Source: Hyphochytrium catenoides
Lineage: Eukaryota; Protista; Hyphochytriomycota
Reading direction: 5' to 3'
Assembly: GCA_900088475.1 (NCBI GenBank)
Contig: FLMG01002277.1
Span: 1-57,582, forward strand
DNA length: 57,582 nucleotides
A program made the translations under genes and the position numbers. Shown in pieces: positions 1 through 12,282 of the stretch (position 1 is the stretch's first letter; each line of letters begins with the position of its first letter). The notes beneath the pieces were generated by a model. That model saw only the letters and a list, made by a program, of their open reading frames with translations, made no database searches and had not been told where the DNA came from.

Positions 1-2772
1 GTGGGCAGGATGGAGAAAGCGAGAGAGCACTTGCGAGGAGAGAGACCCCATTGTCTCCGATGCCATTATCGCCTAAGTACAGAAATGAAAGATTGGATCC
101 CTGTGAGAATGCTGCCGCAATGGCTTCGAGCCCCTCATCCTGCAGTTGATTAGATGACAAATCCAGTTCCTACAGCGGTTGATGAGTTACATCGTCATGA
201 ACGAGGAAGTCAAAGAAGCAATAGGGTCAAAGAAGCANNNNNNNNNNNNNNNNNNNNNNNNNNNNNNNNNNNNNNNNNNNNNNNNNNNNNNNNNTGTTGA
301 TGGGTGGGCGGTATGCTTGGAGCCAAGGCAGCTGCGGCAGCAGAGAAAAGAGATTATCAATCGGCATGCCTAAAGCTAACCTTCAGCGTCCGGTTCCCAG
401 CAAGAAGATCCTTTATAGCCTTCGCACCTTCTTTGGTTACCCCGCAGCTTCGAAGAGACAGTTGTTCGACTGAGGTGTTTAACGCCAGCGCCTCTGTCAC
501 GTTCCGAAGAGCTGATTCACTGAGCACTATGTGGGAAAGGTCTGGCCGAGAGGGAGAGAAAAAGCAGTTGTGGCGGGAGGAGCATATTAGCAGAAAGAGT
601 CAGCAGGAAGAGAAGCTGCCCAAGAGACGAAAAGCATGAGTGGCTCAATGAAAGGTCTTTGGCAGAGCCAGGCGAACGCTACGTAGTAAGGAATTGTAGA
701 TATAGGGAAGGGAACGCAGAAGCCTATCTTACCTAGCACTTTGAGCGGCGAGACAGAATCCACACCTAAGCTGGACTTTAGCTCTCTAAAGAGTTCAAAC
801 CCCTGCAGTCTAGCCCGACGGAGAAAGAGCGATGATAGAGTCGTGTTTGACTCTAGACCTGATAAAAGGGTTGAAGTTCCTCGTTCTGTGAATTGATTGT
901 TGGAGACATCTAACGCGGTGAGTGTGTTGTTTCCTATAAGCGCTATGGAGAGCGCTGTGATTCCAGCATCCCCAATGCTATTGCCGCTTACGTCAAGGAG
1001 TCTAAGTTGAGTGGCAGTATCATCGCCTATCAAAGGTCGAGAGGAGGATAGTTAGGGGCGGTCTCACGGGTCTCTGTTATCTACCATCGCCCCTCTGTCT
1101 CATAGCCAACCAAGTATAAACAAACCGATGCACTCACCAAGTGTGGAAGCCAAAGCGGAAGCCCCATTATCGCCTATTCTATTTTCCCTGAGCTTCAGCT
1201 CCGTCAAAGAAGGATTTTGGGAGTAGACATCGGCTAAACTTTCCGCTCCTTCCCTTCCTATGCGATTGTAAGACAAGTCTAAGGAGCTTAAGCTCTCGTT
1301 GACTTTCAGAGCATCAGACAGACCCACAGCTCCTCCTGATTTTTAAGGGACGCGGTTAGTCAATGGTAGTGGACAAAGCCACTTCAACGCGGGCACCAGA
1401 GCTCACCATCACCGATCCGATTCCAAGAGAGATCGAGGTGGACCAGGATAAGGTTGTCCATCAAAGCTTCAGAGATTGCAAGCGCCCCTGCATCCTCTAT
1501 TTGATTGCCTTTTAGATTCAAGGTTTCGAGGACAAAGTTCTCATTCAGAGCGTCCGCTAGGGCCCAAGCGCCTTCGTTGCCTAGCTTGTTGTGCTGGAGG
1601 TTGAGGGTCCGAAGAGTTTGGTTGTCGGCTACGGGAGTGGCTAGGGCCTACATCAAACAGGAAGAAGAGAGCTTTCAGCGGCCGAACTCTATCAATTCTC
1701 TCCTGCCGGTTGCATCATACTCGGCTAACCTCTACAGTCTCTAATTCTCAAGATAAGCGCTTAGCCCCCTTCTCCCAGATGTCTCTATAGCCTCTTTCTC
1801 CCTATCACTTCGTTTAGATTTTTACATCTTGATCTCCTTCTACTCTCTCACTACCTGTGCTCCTTCAGGACCTAAATTATTCCAAGAAAGATCTAATGAG
1901 GTCAACTGACAGTTTACAGTCAGCGCCCTGTCCAACGCGGTCGCACCAGAAGCACTAATACTGTTAGCTGATAGGTCCAAGACGAGAAGAGTGGGGCAAT
2001 CTGGCAGTGCACCTGCAATAATAGCAGTACCCTAGATGATGATGGAAGAAAGCCATTTCGTTAGCACATTTGAGGGTCAAAGAAGGTCAGACTTTAGACA
2101 AAGAAGAAGTCGAGAGGGCATAGGTGCAAGTACGGGTACGGAAGTGGACAAGAGGTTGGTCCGCGTCAGCAGCAGCTGGAGAAAGGAGGAAGTTGCAGAT
2201 AAAAGACACATATTCGATTAAAAAACAGAGAACGAACGAGAAGCGAGACACAGAAAAAGGGATCGATAGGGCGATTCTATGCACACTGAGACTGCTAAGA
2301 TGATGGCTTGGCATGCTCCACCTCGACCGATGCCCTTGCAGTAGTAGGATCACGAGGAAAGATGAGGGACATGACCTGAGAAAGATCGAGATCGCGGGAC
2401 AAAGGAGGATGAAAGCTAAAGAGAATAGGTCCCTACGTCTCTCAGTACCTGGTCCGCAAGCCCATTGTTCCCTAAGTAGAGCTGCCTAAGTGGCAGCTTA
2501 GATCTAAGAACTTGCGCCAGGTCTTCGGCACCTTGTGCTTGGATATGTGACCCGCTCAAGTCTAGCTTACGCACTGCTGCCGCCCTGCAGAGGAGGCGGC
2601 TGATGTCCTTAAGTATGTCGAGCTTGATGGTGTTGTTTGCCAGAGAAATGCTGGAAGCTCCGCCACAGCGGATGTCCTCAAGGATATAATCAATCGTATC
2701 GTCTGCAATGCTCCGCTTTATATCTAGCAGGACTCCGCCTCCGCCTTCCAACCTCTGCGTTTCTCCTCTCAT
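1..2772 (-). CDS. Ribonuclease-inhibitor-like (NLRC3/RanGAP-type) leucine-rich-repeat protein, multi-exon; 3' end runs off the window and the start is tentative
   Basis: About 7 exons, each encoding 28-aa LRR_RI repeats, e.g. LDLSGSHIQAQGAEDLAQVL, LDLSANSISASGATALDRAL, LNLQHNKLGNEGAWALADAL, LDLSYNRIGREGAESLA, LDVSGNSIGDAGITALSIAL, LDLSSNQLQDEGLEAIA. GT-AG junctions, e.g. donor at 2448. Confidence 0.85.
238..294. other. Assembly gap (N run) inside an LRR-gene intron
   Basis: Run of n characters. Confidence 0.99.
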
Positions 2773-3022
2773 GCTTGCCGTCTTCCTCTGATGACTATGT
2801 CTGATCCTCCCAGCTTATGGCATAAGGCCGATGCCTTGCCCTGCAGTGATCTGCATGAAAGATCGGGTACCGCTGCAGACGACTGAAGATGGACGTTTGA
2901 AGTATTGAGTCCCTCGCGGGGCGGCGACGACCAAGGAAAGGTAAAGCTTGTAGTAGCTTAGTGCTGGTGTCAGATGGCGTTTGGACAAGCTGCTGCTTCG
3001 CATCACAACAAAAGGCCTACAC

Positions 3023-3280
3023 TCTTCTTTCTCTCTCTCTCCGCCCTCTTCTCTCTTTCACTCTCCCCCTCCTTCTCCTCTGTCTCCTTCTCTCTTACCT
3101 TTCTCTCCTTTCTGTCTTGCCTTCTCTCCTTTCTCTTTTCTCTTTCTTTCCCTCTCTTCTTCCCTCTCTTTCTCTCTTTGTCTCCTCTTTTTTGTCTTTC
3201 TCTGATTTCTCTTTTTGTTTTCTCTCTCTCTCTCTCTCTCTCTTCTCTTACCATTCTCTCTTTGCCTCTTTCTCTCTCTC
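3023..3280. repeat. CT-rich polypyrimidine / (CT)n low-complexity tract
   Basis: Almost pure C/T on the + strand. It generates the spurious L/S/F-rich and E/R/K-rich ORFs here. Confidence 0.9.
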
Positions 3281-3818
3281 GAGTGTCTTTCAATTCTCTG
3301 TCCCACGGCTTTTTATATTCGCCTGTCTCTTCCTCTTATCCCTACACCCTCCTCTCGCTACATACTCTACCTTATATACGCTAGGTTTGTCCACTCTGTC
3401 TCTCACCAGAACTGACTCTTCCTCTGGGAGAAAAACGAGGAATGTTTGTCCTCACACAAGATCACAAGATCTTTGGTGTCGATCTGATTCGTGAAAAGAT
3501 CACCTGCTGACAATCATAAATGAGATTATCACTTTAAGATCTGCAAGGCACCTGACCGCTAACGGCACTATGTTAAACAAAAGAAGAAAAACCTAAGGCC
3601 CAAGGATCTCTTCCAATGAAAGATACGCAGATTTATTACCAGCAGGATGTGGAGAGATCGGTATGGAGCTTGCAGGTTCTCAGATGTACGTTCAAAGGCA
3701 CCACGAAACCGCTCGCCTCCTCAACACCCACTGTGACTCTGCTACGTTGCATATTGCAGTTGCTAGCCTCCTCACTATCAACTACGGTGCGCATTGCCAG
3801 CCACATAGCCGCTTAAGT

Positions 3819-6449
3819 ATGAAGCTCGCACTGTCGGTGGGCGTTGTGTGCCTCACAGCATTCAATGCTGTCGGCTTGACCTCGGCGAGGTCTCTTTTTG
3901 GCGGCTCCGCAAATTCTAAGAAGACAGTTGTTTTCTTCAGCGATCAAGCAGAAAAATCAGCCTTCGGCACTTTTCTGGGAGAGCTTGAAAGTAGGTCAAG
4001 TGACTTCAACTTCCCTTGAACTTGGACTGTCCACTAACCAGGTTTTAATGCAGGTCGGGGCCACAAACTGACATTTGCCAGCACCAGAGACTCGGTCAGC
4101 CTGGAGCAGTATGGCGAATGGTCCTTTGACAACCTTGTCTTCTTGGCGTCCGATCTTGATAAGACTGCCCAGACGTTCAAGAAGTTGCCTGCCTTCTTGG
4201 AGGCTGGGGGAAATGTTATGATGGCCTTACCAAAGTAAGTGCACCTTTTGATTGCTACGGGTAAGCCCAACTCACAACCATCGCGACGTGCAGAGTCTCT
4301 TCTTATCCAAAGGCATCAGTCACCTTCTTGGAAAAGATAGGAGTGGATGTGCATCCAGCTGGCAGCCAAGTGGTAGACCATTTTTCTAATTTTGATGGCA
4401 ACTCCACAGTCATCAAGACGACAAACTATTGCAAGGCAAGCTCTGCGTCCTTTATCGATGTCCCTCTCTCTTACTTATTACATTCTCAGTGCCATTGTGA
4501 ACGCATCGTTCCTTCCAAAACGTGATTGTTATTCTGCGTCCTTCCCTTTTGACGCGCCTTCTTTCTTCGCGTGTCACTCCCTTTAGCATTTCTTTGCTCC
4601 TTATTATGGCTATATGAATATGGTGCTAGCTATACACTCTTTCTCCCTCGAATGTTCTCCGCCTTTTCAGGAGGACGGGCCCCAAGATATGTTTCACTCT
4701 TTTTGCACCCTCATTCTAATATTGGCCCTCACCCAACGGCTCTTGTGTAGATTCCTTATGTAGTCGGAGAGCTCTCCCGGACAAGTCCCTCGATTGCCTA
4801 CGATGGAGTCTCTTTTGACGTGCAGAAGGAGAACTATCTAGCTGTGAGTGTTTTGAGAGGAGATTCAACCTCTTACTCAGCGGATGCCAAGAAAAAAGAG
4901 GCGAAACCTTATAGTGCAGGGTCAAAGACCCTCCTCGTAACTGCGATCCAGGTAACGCTTGCCTTTCAGCTCTTCGTGTTGCCAGGATCCTCCCCGGCCA
5001 TTCTTTATTCGTGTCACCCTCTCTATGCACGGATTGAAAGCGATGCGCTTGGCCTCGTTAGAGGACCTCTTTGTCTAATGGAGCCTGTCTCGCGCAGTCA
5101 ATATCGGTCTTCTGACTTCTTTTGCATACCACTATCTTTCTAGGCTCGAAACAACGCGAGACTCGTCCTTACGGGCTCTGCAGCCATGTGCAGTGATGCA
5201 CTCCTTAGTAAGGGAGAAGGAAACAAGGTCAGTGGCGAGAGCCTTCCCTTGTCATGAGCGATTCTGCATGGATATGTCATATACTAGTGCTAATAGCAAA
5301 TTGTAGGCACTCTGCTCTGCGTTGTCAAAGTGGGCCTTCCAAGAGGCAGGTGTTATCCAAGCCTCCAACATTGAGGTAGGACCTAGAGGTTTAAGGAACT
5401 AGCAGATCACTCCGTGTCTCTCTATGTTTAATGGTGTTTGTCTCAAGCCTGGCTCGCCATTTTTGTCTCGATCCTCCTCTCACCCGCTCATGACATTCTT
5501 TCCCTTTTATGTGGTTACAGCATCATCGGGCGGATGGGAGTGCACCAGATCCTATGCTGAAGGCTGTGCAAAGGGAGGATCTCCCTTTCTCACTTTACCC
5601 GGATCCTGAAATTGCCAGGGAATCTCTTACCTACCGTATCAAGGACGAGCTTATCTATGCCTTTAATCTGAGCGAATACAAAGAGTAAGTTAGCAAATTA
5701 GGGGCACATCGCGTTCTTGGAAAGATTCGGTTGAACGCTATGAGTGTGGTGTACCCTTTTCGCTGAGGTTAACCCAAGGATGATGCACCTCATTCAGCCC
5801 ATTCACCTCTCGCTGGCAACCCTTGACTTACTTTAAATTCTCCTTTGCCTTTCATATTCTCTTCTTTGTCATTCAGAGGCAAGTGGGTGCCATACAGAGC
5901 GAACGACGTCCAGCTTGAGTTCGTGATGCTGGATCCATATGTACGAACGACGATGAAACACAATCAAAAAGGGCGATTTGAAGCTAAGTTTACTGGTACG
6001 AAGACGGCCAAAAGAAAGCTTTTCTTCTCCCTTTATTCAGAAGCACCGTTGATCTGGCGCTTATGTCTCTGTCATTTGGACTTTTGCTTGCCGTCTTTTG
6101 CGTCTTTCGCGTCCGAATTGCCTCACAGGATCTGTATAAATATGTCCATTTAGAGGGTCTTTTTAGGATCCTGCCCTTCAATCTCCTGCCCTCGTAGCTT
6201 GTCTTATCGTCCGTACCTCGCCTCTCCCTTTGTCTAGCACCGGATGCGTATGGCATCTACCAGTTCCGCGTAATGTATCGCCGTCCCGGTCTATCTGTGC
6301 TGCACTTCACGACCCAAGTCAGCCTTCGGCCCTTCAAGCACGATGAGTATGAGCGCTTCATCACTGCAGCAACTCCGTATTATACCTCCGTGTTCTCGCT
6401 TATGGCCGGCTTCCTCCTCCTCTCGATGATGTTCCTCTTTGGGAAGTAG
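3819..6449 (+). CDS. WBP1: Oligosaccharyltransferase 48 kDa subunit (OST48/DDOST/Wbp1), ~10 exons
   Basis: Signal peptide MKLALSVGVVCLTAFNAVG. Family motifs LEQYGEWSFDNLVFLA, FLEAGGNVMMA, VVDHF, LLVTAIQ|ARNNARLVLTGS, YRIKDELIY, WVPYRANDVQLEFVMLDPYVR, PDAYGIYQFRVMYRRPG, RPFKHDEYERFITAATPYYTS, then a C-terminal TM helix. TAG at 6447-6449. Confidence 0.95.
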
Positions 6450-6781
6450 AGCAAGACCGACTACGGTGGTGCCAGCCGTATAAACTCAGCTTGCATATAA
6501 TAATCAACACGTAGAGAAAAACAGCATAACGCGTTTGTGCCGATTAAGAGCCACTTAGCTATGGGACGAGAAGAGAGGGTTTAAATAAGGAAGAGAGGTT
6601 TGATGCTTCTGTTGATTTTATTAAATTCCGTGCCTACAGCTTCTACAAGTTGCAGGACGGTCGAAACCGGAACCTAGGACTTTCCATCCCCATAAATAGA
6701 CAAGAAAATTGGGCCATTCTCCCTCTACAGGAGACGCCGAACTAGAGATACCTAAGTAGCACTTCAGAGAAAGTTTGCTAG

Positions 6782-9700
6782 CTAGCTTCTTGGAGTGGGA
6801 GTGATGTCCTTGTCGCAAAGCGGCTGAAAGAGTGCCAAGGTGGTCGTATATCCATGGACAAAGGTTCTTGGGCCACAAGGACCAATTTCTCCGGAGCAAA
6901 AGAGGCCGATGGACGGCCGCTGAAGTTAAAGTTAACATTAGAGGCTAAAGACGGAAGAGAGGCAGGAATACGTGGATTGTCAAAAAGATTGAATGTGCTT
7001 AGACCACTATTCCAGGTGGGGAGGGAAACTTCCAACTCCGGCATAGCTCAGCAAAGTTTGGCATGAGAGAAGTCCGAGCGAGGAAGTTGAAGAAAGGACT
7101 ATTAACAAGAGAAGGGAAGGGCCTGAATGACTGCGTGCAGCAAGGGAGCTTTTGGTCATGTAGCTCCATACCTTCCCGAGAGTCTCTTCAAGAATGCCAC
7201 TTTCGTGGTTGGGCAATCCATAGAAGCTTTTACCNNNNNNNNNNNNNNNNNNNNNNNNNNNNNNNNNNNNNNNNNNNNNNNNNTTCGCTTTGCTTGTGTT
7301 TCTCCAGCAAAGTCCTGAACTCAAGAGAGGACGATAGAGAAGTACGATAGTGGAACTGGATAGTCTGTCCTTCATTTATGTCTCCGCTTGGCATAGCTAT
7401 GACGAGCGCCGAGACCTCTTTCCCTTGCACCCAGTCCTATATGTGAAAAGCCGCAATTACTCTTCCACCAGCCCAGAGAACAATATAGTTCCAGGAGAAG
7501 AGAGAGAAGCTGTATGCTATGAAACAGTATACAAAGTGCTAGCAAAACACATATCGATGGGATAGAAGGGTTGGACGTTGATATGTATAGAAGCAAAGCT
7601 CTACAAAGTCTTTCGGATTGCTCCGTGAATACGATAACTTCACATTTACTAGGAAGAAACTGAGGCTAGAGGCACACCGAAGGACAGATATGTAAGAAGG
7701 TTCACCTTAAGCAAACCACCGTGTCGTATAATATAGTCAGTATTCGATCCCTTTGGTCCTGTGGCTCCTAATTCTCCGGTGCTTGTCGAGCTCGGAAGCC
7801 TAAAGCCAGCTAGAATGACATCGCTAAAATGCGCCCTCTCAGTAGCATCCAGCTCCTGCAGTAACAACCCAGTTGAGGATAAGACGCAGGAAGTGATGTA
7901 CACGCAAGAGAGACATTTCAGCATGAAGCCTATACATCTTGCTGTCTTCTTGTCGGGATCATCCTAGCATTAGTAAGCACTCTGAACTTCCATCCTCCAC
8001 CATGCCGTAACCCCAGATGGCACCATTGTCCAGCCTGCTCTCCCTATTCTGTGTCTCTCCCCATCCTATGTGTACTCATCTTACCTGGAACCATTCCGAG
8101 AGCGCTTCTCTTAGCGGCTTCCCATTCAACCCGTAGACGACATTTCCCCTTGCTGAGGTGATTATAAGGGGGCGACCCATGGGCCTGCATCTGAACAGAT
8201 GAGGAGCAGAGATGAAGACACTTTAACGTCAACGCAAGGGGCTGATGTGGACAAAGGAAGGGACTTAGCTATTGGAGAGAGAGAGATGATTAGGAAAAAT
8301 GACCAGGAACGGAAAGGAAATAGGACGCGAGAGTCGTTTGTTGGAGACGTACGACCAGACGATACATAAGTGCCTGTGAGTCAAAACCCTTTCGGTGGTG
8401 TTGCACTCAATAAAAAAGCGAAGCATGTTTCAAGAAAAGCAAATCTACAGATAGATCGAGGTGAACAGTTAAACTCTAAACAAGCTCGTTTTCTTCTCTC
8501 TCACCCTTGAGAGACCATGGGGTTCATTTTGTATTCCCCAAATAAGACTAGGCCCAAAGCTCCTTCACTTCCTCTTCGCTCCCCATTGAGGTAGAACTCT
8601 GTGGTGTCATTCTGCGGGACCATGCCCCCAATAATGCGGGAGAAAGGAAGCACGTTGTCCAAGTGCTTAAGGAACTCTTCAACAGTGAAGAAGCCCTGCC
8701 AGATTAGTTAGTAGGAGGATTTGCGTCGAGCACACTTATAGAAGTCTCGAAAAATAGAGAACAGAGGAAGAAGGCATCCCTGGAAAAGCGGAAACTTTTA
8801 AGCCATTGTACTTTATAGAGAGAAACACACTATGAAAGCGTAAGGCATTCCTATCAGCCAAAGCAAACACACGGTAGGAATGTGCTGTCTGCATTGTACC
8901 TCTTCATCAGGATTATTAGAGAAGTTGAAGGCTCTCGGCTTCTCGGATGCGAACACTACGGCAGAGGGTGCCTCCGTTTCAGGAAGACTGACTAGAGCTC
9001 TCCATAGGTCAGGCCGATCCTCGATTGCTATGTGCTCTCCTTGTACACTGTCGTCCTCATCTCGTCGGGGCAGTTGAAGTTGAGGGAGAGATGAGGTCTT
9101 TGAGAAAAAGGGAGCTAGGACAACTCCAGGTAAGGATGCACCTAAAATAGCTACGACAGGGTCGTCCGACTCCACCTACGGATGGGGCAAAGGAGAGGGA
9201 TGATAACGATCTATCAGAACCTCACATATGTCCGGGAAAAATCGCCGCTCTCTCTTATTTGTCTGTCCAAAGCTGCAGAGCCTCGGTCTCTAGCATTAGA
9301 AAGGCAATACCTCCACTCCGTCAGCAATGACCCCTCCAGGGGTTGTCACTCCCAGCACAACGCCTGGCCTTAAGCTCTCCTCTAGCTTCTCAGAGAATCG
9401 AGCTGAAAGAACTGAACTTGTTGAAATAAAGATCACCTGCATAATGGAATAAGTAAAGAGCGAAGTGATTTGAGAAGCCTAAGCACTAGAGTTTAACCGC
9501 AGCAGCTAGAGCAGAAGGAGAGTCGACAGAGGCTGCCGCCTGAGGGTGCATGATGAGGAGAGAAGGAGGAAGGTGGGCACAAGCCGACGTGATGAATTTT
9601 CCTTAATGCTGACGGCACGTCAACAGGATTGTGTAAGACCACCCCAATTGAGGTGAAGCGAGCAAGATAACTTCCAATGACCTACCAAATCTAGTCTCCC

Positions 9701-9946
9701 TTTGTCATTGGTCTTCAGCCCTTGGAGCTTCTCTTTCCAGGCGTCTGAGTCTACCTCCTCCTGCCCTCTCAACAGCATTGATGACCAGGTAGCCCTTGCC
9801 CTGGCCCCACTGAAGCGTCGAGATCGGGTCGACCCTGCACGCCCACTTGCTAAAGGACTATCAAAAGAGGGGAGAATAGAGGATGGATAGCCCCTTCGGC
9901 GTGACAGCCGCCTCAAAATAGAGACCCTAGCGACTAGGAGCGCCAT
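6782..9946 (-). CDS. FIST_N + FIST_C domain protein (NosP-like small-ligand sensor family), multi-exon, with an R/S-rich N-terminal presequence and no F-box
   Basis: Spliced translation reads TWSSML..RLDL|VIFIS..GVTTPGGVIADGVE|VESDDPVVAILGASLPGV..LDNVLPFSRIIGG..GALGLVLFG..MVSQG|CRPMGRPLIITSARGNVVYGLNGKP..DYIIR..GQTIQFHYR..GKSFYGLPNHES..GLFCSGEIGPCGPRTFVHGYTTTLALF. QGCRPxG, QFHxR and GEIGP..HGYT are hallmark FIST motifs. Confidence 0.85.
7235..7283. other. Assembly gap (N run) inside the FIST_C coding region
   Basis: Run of n characters, located where the conserved 'F.C.GRG' motif would be expected. Confidence 0.95.
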
Positions 9947-10811
9947 AGTTGATGGACCGAGTTCCTTATGTGCTGTCGAGGCCTTCTCCCTTTCCGGATG
10001 TGAATAGCAGCACCTTTCGTTGTACCTCTTTCTCCGTAATCCCTGCGTTGCTGAGTCTATGTCTCGGCGCGCTCTTCTACTTCTATGACTCTTTCAGGGC
10101 TTCACGCCGCCTCTTGTCTCGAAGAAGATCCACAGCTCCTGCTCTTCAAAGCTCAGAAACTGGAAAATATATTGCTTGCAAGAAGTCTTCTTCCTGTTCT
10201 TATGTCAAAATTCAAAACCTCCTAATCCTTGTCTAAAATGCCAAGCACCAAGTCAATTTCAGTTGGTAATTTACATTTTTGACAGCATAAGAATTTGGAC
10301 CTCCATCACCCTAGTTTACATATTACTCGCTCATTGTGAATTTACCACAACTCGCACCGTCATTTTGGCAGGATGAGAGCTGAAGGTTTTGCGAATCCAA
10401 AGGACGTGACTTCTGGCACGGTCGTGACCTCCTTCGGCGGGCTCTTCATCGTATGGTTCCACTGTGAGGTAGGCCCTCGAGCTAGGGAAGGTGCTGCTGA
10501 TCGGAAGGGCGTTGAGCTGATTGAGGGCTAGCCCAGCAGAGAAGAACCAGAGAAGAAGCAGGCCTCAGGAACGGTCCCACCAGGCGGACCGTGCCGTGGG
10601 AAAGGCTGGTTAGGAAACCCAGGCATGGACTTGTCCTCTCCGAGACTCTGTTTGCACTGCGAACGGAAGTTCGGGACTGACCAAGCGTCTCCGTCGAGAG
10701 TTCCAAGCAGCAGGACTAGAAGAGAAGAAATGGCAATAGAAAGAACGCGTTGATGAACAGTCGTACACTTGGCACTAAGAATACGGATTACCTCGTGAAT
10801 GAATTGCTGCA

Positions 10812-12282
10812 ATGGCGAATTCATCCCCGAAAGAAGAGGACTATGCGGATGACTTTGACGATGAGGAGACAACCAAGGAGAGCAAGCAGAGTGAGGGCGT
10901 ACGAATACCTTCTATTGCTGAAGGCTTGACAGGTAAGCCTTATGTGCTTGCCTTTCTCCACCTCTTAGGCCGCTCTTCAAGTAATGCCTTTCCGTCCATT
11001 CCTTTCTGACACTCACACTGCATCCTTGTTAGCGTTCTTCTGGACTCTTGCCATTTCGACTTCTACCATATGTGCTCTATGGACCTTTTCCTTCCTGACC
11101 CACTGTCAAGATAATCTCTTCATCACGTGTCTCTTCATCACTGTGGACGGAGAGCCTCATTAACGGCCCTATGCCCGTCTCAGTTCCCTTTACCTGCTCT
11201 TGCGTCAGCCCTTGTAGGGGAACGGGTTGAGGTCTATTGGACGGAGTGCGGAGAGTGGTTCCAGGGAGTAGTGACTTCTATCACAACCGATAACAAACTG
11301 CATGTTAGCTATGGTAAGCAACGAAGTGGAATAGATGCTAGCCCAAAGCGAGACCCGCTTGAGATAGAGAGCGAGAGGATCACACATGCTGACAATCATT
11401 GAGAACAAGCATGCGCTCGTCAGATAGAAAGAGGTAGAGATTAAAGAGAAGGTAGACATGACATGTCCAAGAAGAAAATGGCGGAAAGGGGACAAGGAGG
11501 ACCCCTACGCTTGTCTCTGCCCCATCTTTCAATTTTTGCTCCCTTTTGCACTCTACTCTCTCTCCTTCCAGACAGAAGTTCGCCTCTCTCTCACCGACTC
11601 ACATCTTCTAAAAGTCACGGGTACAGTGCCTTATTCTACCCACGCATTCGCAAGTCTTTGGTCTTGTCACTGTGCAATAGCTAACCGCGCAGCATGTCAG
11701 ATGATGGTGATGTTCGGGATGAAGAATTCAACGCTGCCAGCGTTAGGCGCGTAGGGAGTGGGAGTAAGAATGCAACGATTCAAGAAGATCCGAAAGACAT
11801 TACTAGTGAGCAGTCCTCTGCCTCTGCGCCGTGAAGTTTTGTTCCCTTTTTCTTCTCTCTTTTGTGGCACTGAATCCACGTACAAAACTCTGATGTGCCT
11901 GATATGCCTTTAAAAGTATGCGGCCGTTGTTGCGACAGGCTTGACCCTTCTAACTGAGTTGGTTTGACTGGCCTTCGTAGAGAAGTCCCTTCAAGGCTCT
12001 TCTTCGCTTACACCACCAGCACCTCAACTCCCTCAAGCGACGGATCTCACCCAAAGTGAGGAGAAAGAAAGAAAGGTTCACAAGGTTCACTGGACAACAG
12101 TCTTGCAGGCCGTGCATGGCAAGAATGAGGATAAAGTGCTGTCGGCAGTAGAGAAGGTGAGAACCGCTGCCCTGAGCAGCAATGCGACGAAAAGGACCTC
12201 AAACAGTAGCCACCAAGGGAAGTTAAATGGGAAGAATGGGAACGATAGAATTTGGATGGCAACGGCCATGGGACACGGCTAG
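10812..12282 (+). CDS. Small Tudor-like domain protein, ~4 exons; 3' end uncertain
   Basis: Acidic exon 1 (MANSSPKEEDYADDFDDEE..., donor gtaag), then LVGERVEVYWTECGEWFQGVVTSITTDNKLHVSY|DDGDVRDE, which matches the Tudor consensus VGxRVxVxW..WYxGxV..HxVxYDDGD. Confidence 0.7.

Noticed and set aside
2961-3494. Several long ORFs rich in L/S/F or E/R/K, looking like membrane or charged proteins
   Set aside because: They are translations of the CT/GA tract, which lacks stop codons. The same applies to the ORFs at 34700-35283 and 35695-36270.
3555-3565. Identical 11-mer ACCGCTAACGG upstream of OST48 and of CPSF30 (28986-28996)
   Set aside because: Many repeated 11-mers are expected by chance in 57 kb on two strands, so two copies are not sufficient evidence.
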